A stretch of 64,000 nucleotides of DNA from Dipteris shenzhenensis. Its lineage: Eukaryota. A program made the position numbers and the translations under genes. The notes beneath the pieces were generated by a model. It did no database searches. It was not told the DNA's origin and saw only the letters and a program-made list of their open reading frames with translations. The DNA lies in NCBI GenBank assembly GCA_047967505.1, contig CM106538.1; one strand, given 5' to 3'. How positions within the stretch are numbered: position 1 is the first letter of the stretch; every line of letters begins with the position of its first letter. Shown here in pieces: positions 50,901-64,000 of the stretch.

Positions 50901-52740
50901 CCTACCCCATACATCCATCTATCAATTTTACTCCATAGGATTTTAGCTATAAGACATGCCTAAAACAAATGCATAACCAATTATTTACCTTGTCTAGAAA
51001 ATTGTATCTGGCATCTACATCAATTGCTTCGCAATTATGGCCTTCATTTTAAGCCACTTTTTCACAAATTTATATAATATTGCCAAAAGGAGGAGCTCTA
51101 AAGATGCACATAATACAAGTCCTCAATTCCTCAAAGAACATTTCTTAGAGCATCTCATCCCCCATATCTCATTCAGTTCCCATTCAATCAATACAACATA
51201 TCATGCTTGATACTAACCACTTTGTACTTTGTGGGTTGAAGCCATTGTAATCTTCTTTATCATTGATGATTGCCCTCACCAATATTTGGCTTTCCAAGTA
51301 ATCAGCTAGTCATCTCTAACCTATTCTACAACCTTAATAATTTCTTATCACAACCCTTTAGCCCAAACTCCCTTCAAAGTATTCTAAAGGAGGTGCCATT
51401 GCTATGAAATAGCACCCTTGAAATATAGAGAGGTATAATGAAAGGTAGATTCCACTATATGAAAAATAATTCAATTTTGATATGTAGAAGCCATGTAATG
51501 ACTCCCATATTTAGAAGCCATTTAATGACTCACATATTATGAGCCATTATCATTAGTTAAACCTTGATAGGGTGCCGCACGTGGATGCAGCTCGAGTACC
51601 AGAATAGAAATAGTAGTTTGCATGGCAAAATGAAAAACACATAATCAATTCTAGTGTGTAACTTGTTTGGGAAGACAACCACCCACCCCAACATTTTACA
51701 TATTCCTTGTTGGGATGCGGGTTTTAAAGAAGACAAGCCCTTAACTAGACAAGGAGCTACTCTTTGAGTGTTGCAACAAGGGCTTTGACATTTTGGCAAT
51801 GGAGGGATTGTTGCAATGGGAGTGGAAGAATTGATGACATAAAAGTTACCCTACTTGCCATTTATTCAATCGATGTTCCCTCCCATTGACAAATTGAAGC
51901 CTTTGAAATCATTAAGTATGTTGATAACTTTTGCAACTATACTAGTAAGGTTGAGCATTCCTTAATCATTTAGTTAATTAATAAGAGAGCATGAGTACGT
52001 AGGGGCACTACCTTATGGTTTATCGGCCATTATGTAGGGAAATGTTTGTGAGATGCTAAGGTGGGGAGAGAGAGAGAGGTCTTTCCACTTCGTAGCAACA
52101 ATGCCAAGGAGCCAAATTGACGCATGTGAATCGATTTTTAGAAATTGAACACACACACACACCTCAACCACCAAGACCCACATGGGATTTTGAGGAGAGA
52201 GAGAGAGCGCGCGCTCAGAGAACCAAGTCCAAAGAAATGTATACATTTGGTGACCAAGTCCAAAGAAGTGTCATTCCTGGTTCTTCCTCCTATTAATATA
52301 ACTCACATCGAACTGCCGTTATTGCCGATCTGGCCCTTATGGGCTTCAACGCCTCTCTCTTGTTCTCCGTCGCCACATGGGCATCATCCTTCTGTCAACT
52401 GCTCGCCTGCAACCCCGACCTCTTCGATGAATCCCAGCTTTTCAACCTCCTCTGCTGCGCTCCTTGCCACCTCTTCCGCCTCCTCTTCTCCCGCTTGCCG
52501 CTCGTCCATCAGTCCTAACTTGAGCCCTTGATTGGTGATGCGGACTCAGCAGCAGCGACACAGAAGGGTTGTGGATCGCAATGGCGGTGATTCTATCCCT
52601 CTTTCTGGGCGCCTGTTGCGCGTTTGTGTCTTTCTGGTGCGTCGCTCGTTTTCTTCATCCTCGACTTTGAATCTGCACTGAGATTGCTGCGACACAGGAA
52701 ATGATTGAAGTGGTGATTTTCCTGTTGTTCATTGAAAGCT

Positions 52741-52776
<36 letters not shown>

Positions 52777-53039
52777 GGGGGGGGGGGGGAAACAGAAGAG
52801 GATGATTGTGATTATACATCCAATCTAAAGGCCGAGAGGAGGATGTTCTAAGATAATTGTGATTATACCTCCAATCTAAAGGTCGAGAGGAGGATGTTCT
52901 AGAGTTGTCTTCTGAGAGTGCTTGAGCTAAGCAATTTTACCGAAACGGACAACTCTCTCATCAGCATACATGCCATGTCCATAGCACTCTGTGAGAATTG
53001 GAGCAGGACCCTCTAATAAGAGATAAAGATCAGCAAACA

Positions 53040-53690
53040 CACGTTGTAGCCAAACACACTCAACAAACGTCGTAGCCAAATGTACTCAGCTTCATATGAG
53101 GAAGTAGCCACTGTAGATTGCTTCTTGCTGAGCCAAGAAATGCAAGCTTTGCCCAAAAAGAAACAATTACCACTAGTGGACTACTTGGTATCATAGTCTC
53201 CATCCCAAACTGAATCGCTGTAAGCATGCATCTGGAAGTCAACCCCCCCCCCCCTCGAGAAACATCAAGCCAAAAGACTTTTGCCTTGCAAATAATGGAA
53301 GATGCATTTTACAGCTTGCCAATGTGTTGTCTTTGGGCTGTGCATATATCTGCTCACCTGAGATACTGCATACTAAATATCGGGCTATGTATTGCATAAG
53401 TAGATGAGGCATCCAACAGCTTGGCTGTAAAGTGTGGCATCCACTGATTCACCTGCATCATACATAGTAAGCTTTAGCCTCGACTCCATGGGAGTGGCTA
53501 TAGGCGTACAATCATGCATGTTAAACCTATCCAAGAGCTTTTGCACATACTTGGATTGAGACATAACGATGCCATACTTGTCTTGTATAAACTGGATTCC
53601 CAAATAAAAATTTAACATGTCCAAATTTGTCATGTCAAATTCAGCTTTCAACTCAGCTTTGAAATCTACAATTATATCCTCATCAGTTAG
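53040..53690 (-). mobile_element. Copia RT/RNase H fragment
   Basis: EFDMTNLDMLNFYLGIQ, SQSKYVQKLL, TPME, AVGCLIYL, HWQAVK. Confidence 0.85.
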
Positions 53691-53911
53691 TATGCCACCT
53701 CTCCATGTGGGGAGACTATTGACTTTCTCAATATTTTAAGAGTCTTGAGCATATTTTGATGGGACACATGGCAAGAGTAGCCAAAAAGGACATGTATGGT
53801 GACATACGGGCTTATGTGATTGATGGAGAAAGGAATCTACAGGCAGCAATTGTAAATGGGTGAAGGAGGGTGACAAAATCTCTATAAAAAGAGCCCTCCT
53901 CTCCCTTGTTC

Positions 53912-56900
53912 TGTTTTTGCTGTGCGACCACTGTTCTATAGGTCGGTGAAAAGTTATCGCAGAAATTACATCGTATGCCTGTGCGTAGAGATATTGGGAG
54001 TGACAGAATCATTCTGATTACCTGTTGATGCATAATCGTCACTAGGAAGTGACTGTGTGGTCAAATACCACTCTCGTCAGTTTTGCAGATTTGCCCTTAT
54101 GAGGCAGAAGTTGTGTTTTTTTGTAGTGACAGAATATTTTGCAGTGTTCTGTAATGGCGTCTGATGCTCTTTCACATATTGTCACTGAAAAGCTTGACAA
54201 GAACAACTTCCAAGCATGGAAGTTTAGAAGGACGAATTTCCTTAAGGGAAAAGGCTATTGGGAGTTCATTACTGGAGCTGAACAAGAACCAGTTATTCCT
54301 AACATTCCCAATCAACAAGAGTTGCAGGCATTTAAAGGCTGGCATGAGAGAGCCAGAAAAGTTATGTACTGGCTGTCTATCAGTATTTCAGATTCTTATG
54401 ATTGTGCATATTCAGGATGCAAGCATGCCGAAGGAGGCATGGGATACTTTGACAAAAATGTATAGCACAAATACGCAAGCCAGGAAAATGCAGCTCAAGC
54501 AGAAGTTGCATAATGTGCAGAGAGAAAATATGAGCATCAATGACTACCACATGAAGGTGAAGAAGATTGCAGATGCACTTGCTTCTATTGGGTTGCCAAT
54601 GGAAGATGATGATTTAGTTTCTATGACCTTGAATGGTCTAGGAAAGGATTATGCACAATTCCGGACATCCATTGCCATCCGTGAGAATTTTCTTGATTTT
54701 GAGGAGTTGATTGCTCTTCTAATTTCTGAAGAGCAGAGAAATGGTGGTGCATATTCTTTAGGAGGAACTTCAAAAGAAGCTATCTTCTACTCAAATGCTG
54801 GAAGAGGTAGAGGCAGAGGTAGAGTAGGCCGATTTGGAGGCTGTGGCAGAAATCAGAATATGTAGCAAATTCAAGAAAACCGGTCCTATGGAGGAGGACG
54901 TGGTAACTTTAGATGTAGGGGGAGCCAAAGAGGTCATGGTGGATGGCAAAGAGGCCAAAAAGCAAGCAACAATGTTGAATGCTACTACTGTGGTAAAATG
55001 GGTCATATGGTTAAAGACTGCTATAAAAAGCAGAATGACATCATGACTAGAAAATTGCAGTAAGGCAATTATGCATCCTCTAGTAGATAGGGTGATGATA
55101 GAAATGAGCATCTGTTTATGGTGGTGCAGCACATGACCAATTCTGTGATAAGTGCAGAAGAAAGCAATGATGTGTGGTATGTTGACTCAGGTGTATCAAA
55201 CCACATGACAGGTCATGCAGAATGGATGCAGGATGTAAGGAAAATGGAAAGACCAGGATTTGTGGAGACTAGTGATGATACTGCACATCCTATTGTGCAG
55301 ATTGTTAAAATTCCTTTGTCTAGGTAGGATGGAAAAAAGAAATACCTGTCTGATATATTTCATGTCCCAAATATCACCAAGAACCTGGTTTCTGTTGGTC
55401 AAATGGTTGAGCAGGGCTTGCAGGTAAGATTTGATCCTCATGGATGCTTTGTTGAGGATATGAAAAATAAAGGTCGCTTGATAGCAAAAGGGAAGAAGAA
55501 GGGCAGCATGTTTACATTGGATGCGGACATGCCTGAATTGAGTGCAACAATGTTTGCACATGGGACCGGTGTAGTTGTAGATATTGATATCTGGCATAAA
55601 CGCATTGATCATGTTAATGTACAACGACTTAAATTAATGCAGGCCCAAAATATTGTTGCAGGATTCCCTAAGTTCAAGGTTGCAGAAATGCATAAGGTAT
55701 GTGAAGCCTGTCAATTTGGAAAACAGGCAAGGAAACCATTTCCTAGACATATTCAAGATAGTAAGAGGCCATTGGAATTAATCCACTCTAATGTGTGGAC
55801 TACTAAAGCTGCATCTATTGGAGGCTGTCATTATTTTGTCACTTTTATTGATGACTACAGTAGAAAAGTTTGGGTGTATTTTATGAAAAAGAAAAGTGAA
55901 GTGTTTGGGCATTTCAAAGCTTTTAAAGCTATGGTTGAAAAAGAAACAGGCCTGCAAATAAAATTCCTAAGGTCAGATGGAGGGGGAGAGTACTTCTCAA
56001 ATGAGTTTGCAAGTTTCCTTCAGAAGCATGGTATAAAGCAGCAATATTCATGCAATCATACCCCATAGCAAAATGGACTTGTAGAAAGGAAAAACATGCA
56101 TATTGGAGAGGTATCTCGTGCCATGCTCAGCAAAAAAGACCTACCAGATTATTATTGGGCTGAAGCAGTTGCTACAGCAGTCTACATAACAAACAAGACT
56201 CCCACTGCAGCAATACATGGAATGACGCCAGAGGAGAGGTATACTGGTAGGAAACCAGATATTTCTCATTTGAAAGGTTTTGGTTGCATTGCCTATGTTC
56301 ATGTGCCAGATGAGTTGAGATCCAAGTTGGATCCAAAAGCTAAAAAGTGCATCTTTATTGGTTATTCTCAGTAGCAGAAAGGGTATAGATGCTATAACCC
56401 TTCTACTTGTAAGTTTACAGTGAGCAGAGATGTTTTTGATGAGATGAGCACCTGGTATAAACCAATAAATGTGATTGATGATGTAGATGCACAAAATGGT
56501 AATGCTGCATAGAATTCACAGCAGTAATCACAAAATATTAGTGGACCTGTAGTGTCCTCTAGTAATGGTTCACATACTTCGCCATGGACAGACAGATTGA
56601 GATTAGGAGGATCTCCTCAAAGCAATGCAGATAGTGGTATGCAAGTATCACGAAAAGAAAAAGAGAAAGTAGATCAGCCCATGGTTGATGTGAATGCAGG
56701 TCACTCTTATGTGGATGGTGAATCCAGTGGATCAAAACAGAGCCTTGATGATGAGTTGGGTATTCCTTATGTTGTTACACCTAGAGTAAGGAAGACAAGG
56801 AATGTTTTGAGAGCACTTGGTAGTGAGCCTCTTTTGCGCAGGTCTACCAAAGCTAGGTATCCTATGGATAGGCTGAAATATGATGGATTTACAGCCATTC

Positions 56901-57685
56901 ACTATGCCGATATGGTCAAAGTGATACATGAACCAAAACCCACTTCTTTTGAGCAAGCCATGGGAAAAGAAAAATGGGAGAAAGCCATGGATGAAGAAAT
57001 GGATGCCTTGGAAGCAAATGCTACATGGAAATTGGTGCCTTTGCCTAAAGACAAGAATGCAATTGGCTGCAAGTGGGTTTATAAGGTGGAGCACAATGCA
57101 AATGGTCTGTGAACAGATACAAGGCAAGATTAGTTGTCAAGGGGTATGCACAGACATATGGCATTGATTATGAAGAAACATTCAGTTCGGTTGCAAGGAT
57201 GGCAATCGTAAGAGCAGTCATTGCTATGGCTGCATCAAAAGGATGGTCTTTACATCACATGGATGTAAAGAATGCTTTCTTGCATGGTGATTTGGAAGAA
57301 GAGGTCTATATGGAGCAACCACTAGGTTATGTTCATGTTGTTCATCCTGAGTTTGTTTGCAGGTTGAAGAAAGCCTTGTATGGCTTAAAGCAAGCACCCA
57401 AAGCATGGTCTGACAAGATAGGGCAGTATCTTGTCACTATTGGCTTTCAGATTTCCAAGGTAGATTTCTCACTTTATGTGAGAAAAACAGAGAAAGGCAT
57501 TATGCTGCTTGTCATTTATTTGATGATTTGATCATCACAAGTGATAGTGATGAAGATATCCTTCATGTGAAAATGCTATTGAAGTAGAAGTTTGAGATGA
57601 AGGATTTGGGAGAGCTGTGTTACTTCTTGGTCATTGAGGTGATTAGATCCATAAGTGGGTTATGGCTCTTGCAGAGGCAATATGA
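53912..57685 (+). mobile_element. Decayed Copia (family D) gag-PR-INT-RT, no recognisable LTR/PBS, RT truncated
   Basis: KLDKNNFQAWKF, UBN2-like gag, [55 protein letters not shown]; stops and frameshifts. Confidence 0.9.
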
Positions 57686-58808
57686 AATTGTGCATAATCC
57701 TTTCCTAGACCATTGAAGGTCACAGAAACTAAATCATCATCTTCCACTGGCGACCCAATAGAAGCAAGTGCATCTGCAATCTTCTTCACCTTCATGTGGT
57801 AGTCATTGATGCTCATATTTTCTCTCTACACATTATGCAACTCCTGCTTGAGCTACATTTTCTTGGCTTGCGTATTTGTGCTATACATTTTTGTCAAAGT
57901 ATCCCATGCCTCCTTCGGCATGCTTGCATCCTAAATATGCACAATCATAGAATTTGAAATACTGATAGACAGCCAGTACATAACTTTTCTAGCTCTCTCA
58001 TGCCAGCCTTTAAATGCTTGCAACTCCTATTGATTGGGAACATTAGGAATAACTGGTTCTTGTTCAACTCCAATAATGAACTCCCAATAGCCTTTTCCCT
58101 TAAGGAAATTCATCATTCTAAATTTCCATGCTTGGAAGTTGTTCTTGTCAAGCTTTTCAATGACAATATGTGAAAGGGCATCAGACGCCATTACAGAACA
58201 CTACAAAATATTCTATCACTGCAAAAAAACACAACTTCTGCCTCACAAGGGCAAATCTGCAAAACTGACGAGAGTGGTATTTGACCACATAGTCATCTCC
58301 TAGTGATGATTATGCATCAACAGGCAATAAGAATGATTCTGTCACTCCCAATATCTCTGTGCATAGGCATACGATGTAATTTCTACGATAACTTTTCACC
58401 GACCTACAGGACAGCGGTCACACAGCAAAAATAGGGCACTTTCTTGAGTGTCTGCGGAAAACTTCTGCCACCAAAACGGGCCCCGAAATGGCCTCGAATC
58501 AAAAAAATATTTTCACCGAGGGCATCGCCTTCACCCGTAGCATATACTGCCCTCTCGCCACACCGCGAAGGGTATCCCAATCTGAGACAGTGCACTCTTG
58601 CACTTTCCAATTGTGCTACCTGTAGAGATTTGCTCCCAAACTCGAAAAAAAAGGAAAGCAACACTGATCCTCTTACTAGGACACTGCGAACTTGGTTTGA
58701 TTTCTTGAGCTCCTTACCACGAACCGAGCTTTGATACCATGTAAAGAGAGTGGGAGAGAAGAAAGGAGTCTCACTTGCAGCTTTCTCACATACACAATGG
58801 GGGAATAT
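57686..58808 (-). mobile_element. Inverted second copy of Copia D 5' end: LTR remnant, PBS (58728-58739), leader, gag 5' half
   Basis: 57686-58431 is a close reverse complement of about 53912-54660; gctttgatacca then tgtaaagagag. Confidence 0.9.
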
Positions 58809-58809
58809 A

Positions 58810-61800
58810 TATTAAGAAAAACAAGAAGAGAGATATAGGAAGCAACCAGGAGGGAGCAATAGTCTCCTCCATAATCAGCTCATATTCACCCCACACAATA
58901 CAATTGAACAATATACAATTGAACACTACTAAGATTGCACCCATACATAGTAGATAAGAACTAACTATGGTTGAGTCAATGTGACTCACCTTATTCACCT
59001 ACTCACAAAATAGGAACAATAACCGAGAGCTTGATTCCCAACACTGCCCCTCAAGCTCAAGTAGGGAGCATAACACCAAGTATCTCTCTAAAGTATGTAA
59101 ACTTATCTCTACCCCCAATGACTTGGTAAAGATATCTACAACCTGATCTTCAGTCTTCACATGTATGAGATCAATCTTCTTTGATAACACCATTTCTGTG
59201 ATGAAATGGTAGTGTACCTCAATATGCTTAGTTCTAGCATGATAAACCAGATTACTTGCCAATTGCACACTACTCATGTTATCATTATAAAGTCTGACTA
59301 GTTTTTTCACATGCAGTCCCAAATCCTGCAAAAGCTTCTGAAGCCAAGCAATCTCACATGCAGCCAATGCTGCACCTCTTTACTCTGCTTTTGTACTAGA
59401 CAATGCCATTGTGAGTTGCTTTTTACTACTCCAACTCACCACTGCACTACCAAAGCTGAATGCATAACCACTGGTGGATCTCCTGTCATATGCATATCCT
59501 TCCCAATCTGCATCTGTGTATCCAGCCAGCTCTATTTCCTTGCCATATGCATAAAAGATCCCATGTTCATATGTAGCCTTGACATACCGCATAATCCTCC
59601 TCACTGCATCCAAGTGAGGCTTCCATGGCTTTTGCATAAATTGACTAATGAGTCCCGTAGCATATATTAAATAAGGCCTGGTAATAGTCAGATAAATCAA
59701 GCTTCCAACCATCTGCCTATACATGGTAATGTCATCAATCTCAGCTCTAGAATCAGCCATCATCTTTAAGTTTTAATCCAAGGGAATATCCATTGGTTTG
59801 CAATCCTTCATGCCAAACCTCTCCAGCATATTCAAGGCATACTACCTCTGCATAAGCCAAATGCCATCAGGTGTTCTCAACACCTCTATGCCAAGAAAGA
59901 ACTTCAAGTCGTCCCCTAGATCCTTCACATCAAACTCCATTTTCAGCTTGCTCTTAATTTCAGCAATGCCATCATCATCACTACCAGTCAAAATCACATC
60001 ATCAACATAAATCACAATCACAACATATCCAGCAATTGTCTTCTTTGTGAACAGTGAATGATTAGCCTTCCCAACTGCAAAACCAAGCTCTTGTAGGTAT
60101 CTACTGATCCTTTCATTCCATGCTCTAGGTGCTTGCTTCAACCCATAGAGAGCTTTCTTCAACCTACAAACATAGTTGGGATAGTCAGGGTGCACATAAC
60201 CCTCGAGCTGTGAACCATATAGACTTCCTCCAACAAGTCACCATTTAGGAAAGCATTCTTGACATCCATTTGCTGCAATTTCCAGCCATTTGTAGTAGCC
60301 AATGCTATGACAGTTCTCACAGTTGCCATCTTGGCAACAAGGCTGAATAGCCCATACTGTTGTGCATACCCTTTGGCAACCAGCCTTGCTTTATACCTTT
60401 CCACTGATCCATCAGACTTGCATTTTACTTTGTAGAATCATTTGCAACCAATAGGATTCTTGCCTTCAGGCAACTCCACCAAATCCCAAGTCTAATTAGT
60501 GGCAAGAGCATCCATCTCCTCATCCATGGCATTCTGCCAATGACCATGTTGCACAGCCTCACCAAAGATAGTTGGCTCAGTATGTCCCATAACTTTTGTC
60601 ATATATGCATAATGCCGAGTAGCATAACCACTATAAGTTAACCTATCAATAGGATAGCTGACTCTCTGTGACCTTCTCACTGGAGTGCCTGAGTCTCCTC
60701 GTTCATGAGGAGTTATGTACCTGCTTCCCTTGACTCTAGGTGTAGACACAGATGGTATACCCAGCTCACTATCCAAACTATCACTACATGATGAATCATA
60801 GCCACAATTTGATGGCCCAGGGACATCATTTTCAGCTTGCGAAAGCACCTCAACAACCTTGGCTTTCCCTTTATCTCTCCCCCTCACTGACATAGCAGTG
60901 TCAGTGGAATTGCATAACCTACCAGACCAAGGATTCACTATAATAGAACCAGTAGATGTAGGCCCAGATATGGATGTACTAATTTGTTGATTTTTATCAT
61001 ATGCATGACTTGCAGATGCATCATATGGAACAGCCACTTTCAGCTTGCCATACGAAGATTCTAGCTCATCAAAAACAACATCCCGACTCACCATAGTCTT
61101 CTTGGTCGATGGGTTGTAGCATTTGTAACCCTTCTGATTCTGTGCATAGCCAATAAACACACATCTTTCAGCTTTGGGATTCAACTTCTGTCTCTTTTCA
61201 TCTGGTATATGCACATATGCCAAGCTCCCAAGCACTTTTAAATGATTAACATCAGGCTTCTATCGATACAATTTCTCATATGGTGTGAGCATATGAATGC
61301 CAGCAGTAGGAGTGTGATTTAGCACATACACTGCAGTTGCAAGTGCTTCTATCCAATAATAATCAGGTAAGTTCTTTTCATTCAACATGGCTCTACCAGA
61401 TGAACCAATCACCCCATTCTTATGTTCAGCGACTCCATTCTGCTGTGGTACTAGTATATGGGCATGTAAGCTCTCGTCTAATCCCATGATAGGCCAAGAA
61501 GTCATCAAATTCATTTGACACATATTCACCTCCATTATTTGATCTCAAGCATGTGATATATGTCCCAAACTCCTTTTCAACATGTTGCTTGAAATGCTTG
61601 AAGGCAAATAGGACCTCATACTTATGTTTCAAAAAATACAGCCATGTATATCGGCTAAAATCATCAATAAATGTGACATAATATGATGAACCTCCCATCG
61701 AGGTAGTCTAAGCTGGACCCCAGACATCAGAGTGAATCAACTGCAAAGGTCTATTACTTTCCCGCATATGCCTAGTAAATGGCAACCTGGATTGCTTCCC

Positions 61801-64000
61801 AAATTGGCATGTAGGACATACATGCTCCAAAGCATTATACTTAATCCTTTGGTAGGCCAACAACAATGCTTCATGCTGCATATTTTTCAGCTTCTGAATA
61901 TTAATATGACCAATGCATTTGTGCCAAATTTCCAAATTAGAGACAACACCCGTACCATGGGTAAACATGGCAGCCTTTAGTTCCGACATGCCTACATCTA
62001 AAGTAAACATTCTTCCTTGCCTTTTCCCTTTCGCAATCAACTTGCAACCATTACCAAACTCCTCAATGAAGCATCCATCGTTATTAAACCGAACTTGCAA
62101 GTTCTACTCAGCCATTTGTCCAACAGACAACAAGTTCTTGGGGATCGAAGGCACATGCAACACTTCACGTAGCTTCTTGGTCTGACCATCATGCATCAAC
62201 AGAGGCACAACACCCTTGTGTGCAATGTCATGCTGTGTATCATCTCCTATGCAAACATAACCATGCACACCAGGAGTCATCTCATCAAACCACTCTCCAT
62301 GTGGTGTCATGTGATTAGATGCTCCTGAATCAATATACCATATATCATCCAAGACACCATCAGTAGGCTTATGATCCTGCACATGCGTCATAGCAAATAG
62401 CTGATTTGAGGATGTCTCATGCGCATGACTAGAAGAGGCAAAATGACCATGCTGATTTGCCTTTCCTCTTTGATTTGCTTGCTTCTTGAAACAGTCTCTG
62501 GCAATATGGCCAACCTTGCCACAGTAATGACATGTCTTATCACTATTAGGATTATGCACTGTTTGTTGCGATTGCTACCAAGTACCTCTACCATGAGAAG
62601 CACCTCTCTCCCTACCTCTAAAGGATCCACAAGTGTAGCACCTTCCGTGCTCTCTCTAGCCAAGCCTTATGAATCTTAATTTGATCCTGAGTAGGATTCT
62701 TGACAGGCATGTCAGGCTTTGCCTCATCACCAGTAATGAGATCCCAATACCCTTTTCCAATCTGGAAATTTTCTATCCGAAACTTCCAAATGGCATAATT
62801 ATTTTGATCCAACTTCTCTCCAACAATCTGTGTAATGTTGTCACTGCCACTAGCATTAGCCATGGTTTCCAACAACAACTTTCTGCAACTTTTTGCTATT
62901 TTGCATAGTCAATAACTTCCGCACATTACCTCAGAGGCAAAAACTATCAACGAACAAATTGTAGCCAATCCACAGGTCTACAACTTTTCAGTTTAGTGCA
63001 AGTCCAAATTTCATAAGGTTTCACTATTATTTGCTGCTAAAAATAGGGACCTGCACACTTTTGACAGCGGTCCGAAAACTTCCAGTTACTAGTTCAATGG
63101 ATCAACCGGACTCAAAATGCCACTTTGCTACTATCACTGGCAAGGCATAGCATCTGTCAAGCGATTGACATTAACATCCAACCACTGGGCATCCAAATAC
63201 CATCACATATATCCATGAATATTGCAATATCATGTCTTCAACTGCATCTGACAATTTGACAGTAAGTTGTAAATTGTGACTTTTTTTTATTTTCCCAAGC
63301 TCATAACTTTTGACAATAAATCCAAATGAACTTGCTACCAAAAGCAAAGTCGGAGCTTGTATACTTGTCTCCAACTTGTCAGTTCAAACCAGCATCCAAA
63401 TCCATACAATTTGAGAAATAAATAGTCTGGAAAATGACAATTTGATCACTTTTGAACAAAAAAACAGCAGCAGCACCTTTTGTGTTTGAACATGGGAGTC
63501 CTGGTAGCTCACAGAGAGACTAAGACTCCACAAAAATGATGTATGAGAATGTAGCAAACCTTTGGGGTGCTGGAAAAGGAAGAAAGCAAGTCGTATATCA
63601 CTTTTGAAGTCTCCAAAAGCTATCCAAGAGCAAAAAAAACGAGATAGCAAGAATACATCAATTGGACACCTCCCAAGCCAAACAGAAGCTGGGAATTGCT
63701 ACTTCAGTCCAAAAAACGAGATCTCTTCTCATCACTTCGAAGCTTCAGAGTAGGAGAAGCACTCCCGCAAGCTTCCACAAGCAGTGGGCAACCAGAAGTG
63801 GGCAACCAGAAGGCAAGGAACGGTAGCTCTGATACCATATTAAGAAAAACAAGAAGAGAGATATAGGAAGCAACCAGGAGGGAGCAACAGTCTCCTACAC
63901 AATCAGCTCATATTCACCCCACACAATACAATTGAACACTACTAAGGTCACACCCATACATAGTAGATAAAAACTAACTATGGTTGAGTCAGTGTGACTC
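58810..64000 (-). mobile_element. Near-full-length decayed Copia (family E, related to D): 5' LTR from 63838 past the window edge, PBS, gag-pol, PPT, 3' LTR 58810-59043
   Basis: Paired LTRs tattaagaaaaacaagaagagag..; PBS gctctgatacca at 63826-63837; CHYCGKVGHIARDC, WYIDSGASNHM, HSDVWGP, YVDDVIL, RTKHIEVHYH; PPT ttgaggggcag. Confidence 0.95.

Noticed and set aside
63826-63837. tRNA gene
   Set aside because: Only a 12-nt primer-binding site complementary to initiator tRNA-Met.

Overview
Repeat-dense land-plant DNA (TTTAGGG repeats, Met-tRNA-primed LTR elements); a non-seed plant such as a fern or lycophyte is plausible but not provable here. No clearly intact host gene. The left half (about 1-33.3 kb) holds two DNA-transposon-like modules. 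Module 1 has a near-intact two-exon DDD transposase with Sola2-like motifs (7245-10180, -), a convergent RING-H2 pseudogene (1078-2974, +), and between them a 187-bp tandem array whose left units carry plant telomere repeats. Module 2 is a decayed multi-exon gene (about 18.8-26.0 kb, -) with a ParB/Srx-like N-terminal part and three tandem Ulp1-like (C48) protease domains, followed by a 2.6-kb CT tract and a ~182-bp array with a trimeric higher-order repeat. By manual alignment the two arrays look distantly homologous, with the same motif spacing and orientation. This suggests a family of large DNA transposons carrying nucleosome-length arrays and ubiquitin/SUMO-related cargo. The right half (33.3-64 kb) is nested, decayed Copia, Gypsy and LINE fragments, including an inverted Copia duplication and a near-full-length Copia at the right edge.
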